32,000 bases of DNA from Opitutales bacterium. GTDB lineage: Bacteria; Verrucomicrobiota; Verrucomicrobiia; Opitutales; PNEW01. Every line of letters begins with the position of its first letter. Within the stretch, counting starts at the first letter, position 1. The position numbers and the translations under genes were made by a program. Positions 18,059 to 25,905 of this stretch are shown piece by piece. The notes beneath the pieces are model-generated. The model did not search any database. It was not told the DNA's origin and worked only from the letters and a program-made list of their open reading frames with translations. Location of the stretch: contig CBDCNV010000002.1 of the NCBI GenBank assembly GCA_965219535.1, positions 1,710,001-1,742,000 of the forward strand, written 5' to 3'.

Positions 18059-19303
18059 ATGTTTAACATAGATAAATGGAGTGAAATATTTTTCACCATT
18101 AGGAAAAATAAGATGAGAACATTCCTTACGGCTTTCAGTATAGCTTGGGGGATATTTTTACTGGTGGTTCTTTTGGGTGCTGGATCGGGTTTTCTCAATG
18201 GCGTGCTCTACAATTGGCGTGATGACGCGATAAATAGTATAAGTATCGAACCTGGACAAACTAGCTTGCCCTACAAAGGAATGAAACCGGGAAAAATGAT
18301 TCAATTAACAAACGAAGACCACAATCAAATTAAAGATAAGGTCAGGTCAGTTGAGCATATTTCCTCTCGATTTAATCTAAGGGGGGATTACACGGTCAGA
18401 TATAAGTACAATTTTGCTCGTTTTCCTGTGCGTGCCGTCCATCCCGGACATATACACTTTGAAAAGACAATTGTTACGGAAGGTAGATTTATCAATGAAC
18501 TTGATATTAAAGAGCGGAGAAAAGTGGTCGCAATTGGGGTGGAAGTCGTCGACATTTTATTCAAAAATGAAGAACCGATAGGGAAGTGGATTGAAGTCAA
18601 CCAGATACCGTATAAAGTGGTCGGTGTATTTAGGGATGAAGGAGTAAGTTTTGAATTGAGCGTCATTTATATGCCGATATCAACGGCACAAATGGCGTAT
18701 AATGGCGCAAACCGGGTGGACGAAATATTATTCACTACGGGCAGTGCGAGCTTCAAAGAAACTCAGTTGATGACAAAGGAGACTAAAAATATAGTCGCCG
18801 AGCATCATCGGTTTTCTCCGAAGGATCCGCGTGCAGTAGAAGTTTTTAATTATAATGAAATGCTGCAAAGGTTTCTCAATATGATTGCAGGTATAAATGT
18901 TTTTATCTGGGTAGTTGGTGTCGGTACGATGGCAGCCGGTATTGTCGGGGTGAGCAATATAATGATTATCGCAGTCAAGGAGAGAACGCGTGAGATTGGA
19001 ATCAGAAAAGCAATAGGGGCAACTCCAAGCTCAATAGTGGGATTGATATTACAGGAATCGCTTATCGTTACATTAATAGCCGGGTATGTAGGTATGGTCG
19101 CCGGGGTAATTTTTGTAGAATTGGCTAACTGGGCATTTGATAACTTTAACGTACAATCGGAATATTTCAGAAACCCGGAAATTCACTTTAAAACTGTAAT
19201 TATGTCGACAATTCTACTGGTTGTTGCCGGTTCGATTGCAGGTTTTTTCCCCGCTCGATTGGCGGCGCTAGTAAAACCCGTCGACGCACTAAGGGAAGAA
19301 TAA
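18059..19303 (+). CDS. FtsX/MacB-type ABC permease, class A copy 3
   Basis: 414 aa. It starts MFNIDKWSEI, has ERTREIGIRKAIGAT, and ends KPVDALREE. Confidence 0.9.
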   Translation: MFNIDKWSEIFFTIRKNKMRTFLTAFSIAWGIFLLVVLLGAGSGFLNGVLYNWRDDAINSISIEPGQTSLPYKGMKPGKMIQLTNEDHNQIKDKVRSVEHISSRFNLRGDYTVRYKYNFARFPVRAVHPGHIHFEKTIVTEGRFINELDIKERRKVVAIGVEVVDILFKNEEPIGKWIEVNQIPYKVVGVFRDEGVSFELSVIYMPISTAQMAYNGANRVDEILFTTGSASFKETQLMTKETKNIVAEHHRFSPKDPRAVEVFNYNEMLQRFLNMIAGINVFIWVVGVGTMAAGIVGVSNIMIIAVKERTREIGIRKAIGATPSSIVGLILQESLIVTLIAGYVGMVAGVIFVELANWAFDNFNVQSEYFRNPEIHFKTVIMSTILLVVAGSIAGFFPARLAALVKPVDALREE

Positions 19304-19320
19304 AATTCAATTATATAGAC

Positions 19321-20595
19321 ATGTTTGATTACGATAAATGGCAGGAGATTCTGAGTACGATCAGAAAAAACAAACTGCGTACTTCACTTACTATATTTGG
19401 TGTCTTCTGGGGTATACTGATGCTTATATTATTGCTCGGTTCGGGACAAGGTCTGTCAAATGGAATGACGCGTGATTTTGATCGTGTGGGTATAAACACT
19501 GTAGGAGTTTGGGCCGAAATGACAACGAAACCTTACGAAGGATTGTTAGCGGGGCGTACAGTACAATTTACCAATGAAGATACAGTCGCACTTAAAAGAA
19601 ATATCGACGCCATTGAGCATATTTCCCCCCAAATACAATTGGGTGGATGGTCAGGTAGACAAGGTCCCACTTCAGTCACACGTAATAGTAAAAAGGGTAA
19701 TTTTATTATAAAAGGAGATAATCCGGAAATTAGAAACATAGTGAATATCCAGATCAAAAAAGGAAGATTCATTAATGATATAGATATTAAGAATAAGAGA
19801 AAAGTGGCAGTAGTTGGAGACAATATTATCAAGCTACTTTTTAAGAAAGGTGAAAACATTATTGGAGAAACAATAAATATCACCGGTGTTAGTTTCACTA
19901 TTGTTGGCAATCATAAAACATTAGCCGCTAATGGATTTTGGACGGAGAGAGATAATAATACTATTTATACACCCTTCTCGACGATACAACAGGCGTTTAA
20001 TTATCGGAATAGAGTAGAGTGGTATATGTTTGGGGTTCGACCCAATGAAAATTCCCGTGAATTGGAAGGTAAAATCAGAGCATTCTTAATGAAACGGCAT
20101 TACATTCATCCCGAAGATAATGCGGCCTTGGGGTCCTTTAATAGTCAGGATGAATATAATCAAGTGCAGGGATTGTTAAAAGGGATTCGTGTTTTTGTCT
20201 GGTTTGTTGGGCTATGTACTTTGTTAGCGGGAGTGATAGGAGTGAGTAATATTATGATGATTGTGGTCAATGAGCGAACGAAAGAAATAGGCATCAGAAA
20301 ATCCATGGGAGCAACACCTTTTAACATCGTCAGTTTAATCATGCAGGAGGCAGTATTTTTAACTGCCATTGCCGGTTATTTAGGATTACTTCTGGGTATC
20401 GCATTGATAGAACTATTGCGAATAGCTATGAGAAATATGGGTGAACACATGAGTTTGATCTCCCGCCCAGAGGTAAATTTGCAAGCCGCAGGTTTTGCGT
20501 TGATGATCATAATTTTTGGAGGATTAATAGCGGGGATACTACCTGCGCAAAAAGCAGCCTCGATCAGTCCCATGGAGGCAATTAGATATAAATAA
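19321..20595 (+). CDS. FtsX/MacB-type ABC permease, class B copy 3
   Basis: 424 aa. It starts MFDYDKWQEIL, has ERTKEIGIRKSMGAT, and ends SPMEAIRYK. Confidence 0.9.
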   Translation: MFDYDKWQEILSTIRKNKLRTSLTIFGVFWGILMLILLLGSGQGLSNGMTRDFDRVGINTVGVWAEMTTKPYEGLLAGRTVQFTNEDTVALKRNIDAIEHISPQIQLGGWSGRQGPTSVTRNSKKGNFIIKGDNPEIRNIVNIQIKKGRFINDIDIKNKRKVAVVGDNIIKLLFKKGENIIGETINITGVSFTIVGNHKTLAANGFWTERDNNTIYTPFSTIQQAFNYRNRVEWYMFGVRPNENSRELEGKIRAFLMKRHYIHPEDNAALGSFNSQDEYNQVQGLLKGIRVFVWFVGLCTLLAGVIGVSNIMMIVVNERTKEIGIRKSMGATPFNIVSLIMQEAVFLTAIAGYLGLLLGIALIELLRIAMRNMGEHMSLISRPEVNLQAAGFALMIIIFGGLIAGILPAQKAASISPMEAIRYK

Positions 20596-20608
20596 CAAAA
20601 CATAACCT

Positions 20609-21682
20609 ATGAAAAAATTTTACATTATAATTATCGTTGCATTTTTAGTCCTAAGTTTCTTCGGCACCCTTGTGTTTCTTTACCAAAAAGCGGTGGAAAA
20701 GGACGTTATCTTTGAAACGGAAACGCCCTTTTACACGGATATTGTCAAGAAGGCGGTAGCTACAGGTACGATTACTCCAAGGAGAGAGATTGAAATTAAA
20801 TCACAGGTGTCGGGAGTGGTAGAAAAGCTTTATGTCGAACCGGGCGAAATTGTTAAGAATGGAGATCTGCTCGCCAAGATCAGGATTATTCCGGACATGG
20901 TAAATCTTAACAATGCAGAATCCCAGCTCAATACCGCGCGGATCAATTATGAAAACGCGAAACAGGAAAAAGAAAGGCAGGCGCAGCTTTTCGAGAAAAA
21001 ATTCATTTCAGAATTTGATTATGACCAATATGTACTCGAATTTAATCTCGCCGAAGAGCGTTTAGAATCGGCAGAGAATAATGTTCAGTTAATCCGGGAG
21101 GGTACATCTAATAAGGAGGGGCAGGTTACGAATGAAGTTACCTCTACCGTTAATGGGATGATTCTCGATGTCCCGGTACGAGAGGGGAGTTTTATTATTG
21201 AATCGAACACCTTCAACGAGGGAACGACTATCATGTTCATCGCGGATATGAAATCGATGATCTTTGAAGGATTTGTGGATGAATCAGAAGTCGGAAAAAT
21301 CACAGACGGCATGGAATTGATTTTAACTATAGGCGCTATCGATACAGAGAAATTTAAAGCGCTGCTGGAATACATATCACCCAAAGGTGAAGAAAAAGAA
21401 GGGGCTATCCAATTTGAAATCAGAGCCTCGGTAACATTATCGGAAGATCATTTTATCCGGGCAGGTTACAGTGCCAATGCGGATATTGTTCTCGATACGA
21501 GGGATAATGTTCTCGCGGTGCGCGAAAGTAATCTCACTTTTGAAAAGGATTCTATATTTGTTGAAATAGAGAAAGGATACCAGGAATTTGAGAAAAAACA
21601 GATTGAGACGGGGCTATCCGACGGGATCAATATCGAAGTCCTTTCAGGGGTGACGGAAAAAGATAAGATCAAGAAGCTGTAA
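20609..21682 (+). CDS. efflux periplasmic adaptor (HlyD/MacA-type membrane fusion protein)
   Basis: 357 aa. It has an N-terminal TM anchor (IIIIVAFLVLSFFGTLVFLY), a lipoyl-like motif IKSQVSGVVEKLYVEPGEIVKNGDLLAKI, a coiled-coil hairpin and a C-terminal beta-barrel region. Confidence 0.85.
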   Translation: MKKFYIIIIVAFLVLSFFGTLVFLYQKAVEKDVIFETETPFYTDIVKKAVATGTITPRREIEIKSQVSGVVEKLYVEPGEIVKNGDLLAKIRIIPDMVNLNNAESQLNTARINYENAKQEKERQAQLFEKKFISEFDYDQYVLEFNLAEERLESAENNVQLIREGTSNKEGQVTNEVTSTVNGMILDVPVREGSFIIESNTFNEGTTIMFIADMKSMIFEGFVDESEVGKITDGMELILTIGAIDTEKFKALLEYISPKGEEKEGAIQFEIRASVTLSEDHFIRAGYSANADIVLDTRDNVLAVRESNLTFEKDSIFVEIEKGYQEFEKKQIETGLSDGINIEVLSGVTEKDKIKKL

Positions 21683-21699
21683 TTGTAAGCAGTTAACGG

Positions 21700-23631
21700 G
21701 TGAGTAAAAAGACAGTCAGTCCCTTTGGGTCATGGAAGTCGCCGATTACGATGGATACGGTTCTCGCTGAAAGCGTACGTTTTTTTGAATTAGGCTTGGA
21801 CGGTGAATCAATTTATTGGCTTGAGGGACGGCCCCAGGAAAGTGGGCGATGCGTAATCGTAAAAAAAAGTCCCAAGGGAAATATATCGGATCAATTACCC
21901 GCACCTTTTAATACCCGAAGCCGGGTTCACGAGTACGGGGGGGGTGCTTTTGTCGTCGACGATGGCACATTTTACTTCACCCATTTCAATGATCAATGCA
22001 TTTACTGTAAGCGAGGAGATGCCGATCCCTTTCCCATTACCGAGGAGGGGAAATGCTTTTATGCTGATTTCAGGTACGACCGAAAACGAGAAAGGTTGAT
22101 AGGCGTACGTGAAGATCATCGTGATGAAAACCATGAACCGATTAATACAATTGTCAGTGTCGACCTCAAACAACCCTACAAGGTTGAAGTGTTGGCATCG
22201 GGGAAGGATTTCTATTCCTCACCACGTATAAGTCCCGATGGTAGACATCTCACCTGGCTGAGTTGGGATCATCCAAACATGCCTTGGGATGGTTGTGAAG
22301 TGTCGATGGCAAAATTTGCAAATGATGGCCGCCTCAATGATCCCATCCACGTTGCAGGTGGGCTCGACGAGTCAATCTTCCAACCGGAATGGTCACCGGA
22401 TAATATACTTTACTTTGTCTCAGACCGGACGGGGTGGTGGAACATTTATCGCTATAAGGAAAGTAAGGTTGAGGCTCTCTATCCCATGGAAGCTGAATTT
22501 GGGCAATCCCAATGGGTATTCGGCATGTCTAAGTACGGATTCGAGTCGGAGCAGTCTATCCTCTGTGCCTATTCTCAAGACGGCGTCTGGAACCTGGCGA
22601 GACTCGATACGGTTAATAAATCGCTCGAAAAAATAGATACACCCTACACTTTAATTGAAAATATACAGGTCGGCGCAGGTAAAGTAGTATTTTTAGGAGG
22701 ATCACCGACTGAAGCATGTGCGGTTCTCACGATGGATTTAAAAAGTCGAGAGATCGAAATTATACGTAAGTCCAATTCGCTTGCGGTTGATGCCGCCTAT
22801 CTTTCAGTCCCAATGACAATTGAGTTTCCTACCGAAAATAAGCAAAAGGCCCATGGTTTTTTTTACTCTCCCAATAACAAAGATTTGACTGGGCCATCGG
22901 GAGAATTGCCTCCACTTATCTCTATCATGCATGGCGGGCCAACCGGGGCAACGGATGCGGTTCTGGATTATGGAATCCAATTCTGGACAAGCCGGGGTTT
23001 TGCCGTCTTTGATATTAATTATGGAGGCAGCACCGGATACGGCACCGAGTACCGGCGACGGCTAAATGGACGATGGGGTGAAGTCGATCTGAATGACTGC
23101 GAAAATGGTGCGCGTTACCTGGCTGACGAGGGTTATGTCGATTTCGAAAAGATGGCGATACGCGGTGGAAGTGCAGGGGGGTATACCGTTCTCAGTGCAC
23201 TGACCTTTGGGCAGGTTTATAGAACAGGTGCGAGTTACTACGGGGTCAGTGACCTTGAGATTTTAGCTAAAGACACGCACAAATTTGAATCGCGATATCT
23301 GGACAAAATTATTGGTCCTTACCCGGAATCCGCACAATTGTACCGCGACCGTTCACCGCTCTTTCATTTAGATAAATTAGGTAAACCGATAATTTTTTTT
23401 CAGGGCTTGGATGATAAAATTGTTCCTCCCAACCAGGCGGAAATGATGGTCGAGGCCTTGCGAAAGAAGGATATACCCGTGGCCTATATAGCATTCGAGG
23501 GTGAACAACACGGATTTCGAGAGGCGAAAAATATTAAAAGGGCGACGGAAGCGGAATTATATTTTTACGCAAAAATATTTGGCTTCGAACCGGCTGACCG
23601 TATTGAACCGGTGGATATTGAGAATTTGTAA
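21700..23631 (+). CDS. S9-family serine peptidase (prolyl oligopeptidase/acylaminoacyl-peptidase type)
   Basis: 643 aa with a GTG start. It has an N-terminal propeller region (FGSWKSPIT...), a nucleophile elbow GGSAGGYT, an Asp in QGLDDKIVP and a His in EGEQHGF. Confidence 0.9.
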   Translation: MSKKTVSPFGSWKSPITMDTVLAESVRFFELGLDGESIYWLEGRPQESGRCVIVKKSPKGNISDQLPAPFNTRSRVHEYGGGAFVVDDGTFYFTHFNDQCIYCKRGDADPFPITEEGKCFYADFRYDRKRERLIGVREDHRDENHEPINTIVSVDLKQPYKVEVLASGKDFYSSPRISPDGRHLTWLSWDHPNMPWDGCEVSMAKFANDGRLNDPIHVAGGLDESIFQPEWSPDNILYFVSDRTGWWNIYRYKESKVEALYPMEAEFGQSQWVFGMSKYGFESEQSILCAYSQDGVWNLARLDTVNKSLEKIDTPYTLIENIQVGAGKVVFLGGSPTEACAVLTMDLKSREIEIIRKSNSLAVDAAYLSVPMTIEFPTENKQKAHGFFYSPNNKDLTGPSGELPPLISIMHGGPTGATDAVLDYGIQFWTSRGFAVFDINYGGSTGYGTEYRRRLNGRWGEVDLNDCENGARYLADEGYVDFEKMAIRGGSAGGYTVLSALTFGQVYRTGASYYGVSDLEILAKDTHKFESRYLDKIIGPYPESAQLYRDRSPLFHLDKLGKPIIFFQGLDDKIVPPNQAEMMVEALRKKDIPVAYIAFEGEQHGFREAKNIKRATEAELYFYAKIFGFEPADRIEPVDIENL

Positions 23632-23925
23632 GGGGATTTTGGTCAAAAAGTAAATGCGTTTATGCGTGTAAGCGATAATGCGGAAAAGTGATAATGTGGA
23701 TATTCGTGTAACCTATTTCTGATTATTGCTTAATTCCATTTGTCATCGCGAGGCTGCTAGTCAGCCGTGGCGATCCAGGGGAATGTCGGACACGTATTGT
23801 AATCTCCCTGGAGTGGAAGATGTCGCTACGCTCGGTAGCCGCAGTCGGATACGCCTCCATCGCACTGAAAAAAAGGGGATGCAGAATGCATGATTAATCC
23901 TAGCGGTTTCCGCTTTCACGCTTAT

Positions 23926-25905
23926 TCACTCAACAGTCTCCTCGACTACAGTGACCGGGATTACATCACCGTCAGTATTTGAAAAGGTGGCATTGATACT
24001 TTGAGTGGGCTGTGTGGTCCCGTCCGACTTTACATTGTTTTGTGAAATCAATGTCTCGAAACCCGGTGTTGTCGATCCGCTCGGTGCAATGACGATTGAA
24101 GATGCATTGGTCTGAACAAGATCGCCTCCCGTAATTCGCAACCCGGGGTTAGTCGCTTCTACAGTAAAAGAATTATCACCGAAGAGGAGGAGTGGCACGG
24201 CATCTCCCAAGGCATCGATATCACCTATTAAAACCCTGACCGAGACAGGTACTCCTAGCGCATTGAGCCCAACATTTCCCGTCGAAGCACTGAAATTTGT
24301 ATTCGCACAGAGGATTCCTCCCATGCCTGACGAATTTATAATTTCAACGTATGAGACATCAGCCTGGGCATCGTAAACTTCTTCCTCTGGGAAGAGGCTT
24401 TGATTAACCGAATTCAGGCGCCCGACGGAAAATATACTGAAGAAAGTGCTATCATCAGCCCCATTAATAACAATGCTGGCGCGGCCCTTAACATAATTAA
24501 CATCGGGTTGATTATATTTACGGGGTGGCGCAGGTTCTTCAAAGGTGTCGGCATCGAGAATTATTGTCAGCGTCCCGCTACCGGAAAATTCTACCTGAAC
24601 GATATCTTCATCTTCATCAATAAAAGAAGCACGTGTTATCTGGTCGGGATCGGCCCGCAATGTAACGAGAGGGCCTTCAAGAAGTATCTGATCGAAAACA
24701 TTCCCATTGGAATGCACGATATTAAAACCGACAACCGTACCGCTCCCATCGAGTGCTACTTCATCGGGAACAACTGTAACCTCGCTTATAACTGAAATAA
24801 TAGCGGTAATACTGTCAGTAATACCTTCTGCTCCTGTGACCCGAACCCAATAAAAATTCGTGCTGCTTTGCGAGCTCGTCAATAAAGTGCTCTCGTTACC
24901 GGTCGATATGATGGTATTGCCACCGCCGTCAAATACAGGATTAGAGGTATCACCTCTCTCGCCCATAAACCAACTATAAGTTCTGTTGTCTCCCTCCGTT
25001 TCGACGAATAATTCAACTGCCGTATCGGAATCCACCCTTTGGCTTTTAGGTTGACTGAGAACATTCGGGCCACTCGATCCGTCAACTACCAAGGTAAGTA
25101 TAGAACTGAACGCAGTCCCGATTGTATTGCTGATTTCCACGGTATAGTTGCCAGCGTCCGCACTTTGAACGTCGTTGATAGTAAGAGCACTACTTGTAGC
25201 TCCCCCAATAATCTGTTCATCTTTACGCCATTGGAAACTCAATGGTTCCTGTCCTTCGACGACGACGGTAAATTCAGCTGTTGAACCCGGATCCACTTCA
25301 AGTAGCCCAGGACCTACCGTGGATATCAAAGGAATCCCTGTTCCGAGCAAGGCCAGATTATGATCTGCTCCCGCGACAACTTCAGTGACACCTGAAAGTG
25401 CTTCCGGTAATTCTGTTTGACCATCTGCATCATTACCCCAGGCGATAACTGTTCCATCGGCGAGTGATATAATGTTATGGAAGAGACCGGCGGCTATGGA
25501 GGTGACCGAACCGGCGTTAAACTGTGAATTGATAGTTCCTTTAGCATTCGCGGTTGAATTTACAGAACCTGATGCAATTTCAGGAACATTCAGTTGCCCC
25601 AAACTATTATCACCCCAGGCGATGATGGTCCCATCCGATTTTACCGCGAGACTGTGCTGTGCACCGGCAGTGACAGCGATCACATCACTTAAATCAGCGG
25701 GCACATCAATCTGACCAAATCTATTATCACCCCAGGCGACGACGGTACCATCTGATTTAATAACCAGATTGTGTATGGCACCCGCTGCAATAGATTCAAC
25801 ATTTTGAAGATCTTCCGGAATATCTGTTTGTCCCACTCTATTATTACCCCAGGCGACGACGCGGCCATCCGATTTTAAAGCGAGACTGTGGACACCACCA
25901 CCCAC
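23926..25905 (-). CDS. C-terminal fragment of the same protein (RCC1 blades 4-7, Ig-like domain, unknown C-terminal domains)
   Basis: 659-aa ORF whose frame is open up to 25953 (SATPPIDLTDVVSIVGGGVHSLALK...). It has WGNNRVGQ, WGDNRFGQ, WGDNSLGQ and WGNDADGQ, plus an I-set-like motif SADAGNYTVEISN. Confidence 0.8.
   Translation of the reverse strand: MGGGVHSLALKSDGRVVAWGNNRVGQTDIPEDLQNVESIAAGAIHNLVIKSDGTVVAWGDNRFGQIDVPADLSDVIAVTAGAQHSLAVKSDGTIIAWGDNSLGQLNVPEIASGSVNSTANAKGTINSQFNAGSVTSIAAGLFHNIISLADGTVIAWGNDADGQTELPEALSGVTEVVAGADHNLALLGTGIPLISTVGPGLLEVDPGSTAEFTVVVEGQEPLSFQWRKDEQIIGGATSSALTINDVQSADAGNYTVEISNTIGTAFSSILTLVVDGSSGPNVLSQPKSQRVDSDTAVELFVETEGDNRTYSWFMGERGDTSNPVFDGGGNTIISTGNESTLLTSSQSSTNFYWVRVTGAEGITDSITAIISVISEVTVVPDEVALDGSGTVVGFNIVHSNGNVFDQILLEGPLVTLRADPDQITRASFIDEDEDIVQVEFSGSGTLTIILDADTFEEPAPPRKYNQPDVNYVKGRASIVINGADDSTFFSIFSVGRLNSVNQSLFPEEEVYDAQADVSYVEIINSSGMGGILCANTNFSASTGNVGLNALGVPVSVRVLIGDIDALGDAVPLLLFGDNSFTVEATNPGLRITGGDLVQTNASSIVIAPSGSTTPGFETLISQNNVKSDGTTQPTQSINATFSNTDGDVIPVTVVEETVE

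Larger units (their letters stand above)
12969..20595 (+). repeat. three tandem, diverged units of about 2.5 kb, each holding a class A plus class B permease gene pair
   Basis: The units are 12969-15496, 15511-18034 and 18059-20595. The repetition is at protein level, and synonymous sites are diverged between copies. Confidence 0.85.

Noticed and set aside
12969-20595. The 2.5-kb periodicity, considered as a possible mobile element, CRISPR-like array or assembly duplication.
   Set aside because: The repeats are complete, in-frame permease genes that have diverged at synonymous sites. There are no short direct repeats with spacers, no terminal inverted repeats and no transposase or integrase.
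23745-23866. A tRNA, tmRNA or SRP RNA gene in the GC-rich intergenic island.
   Set aside because: I could not find a GTTCRANNC T-loop, a cloverleaf with a 7-bp acceptor stem, an SRP GGAA/AGCA motif or tmRNA termini on either strand. I kept it only as an unexplained structured region.
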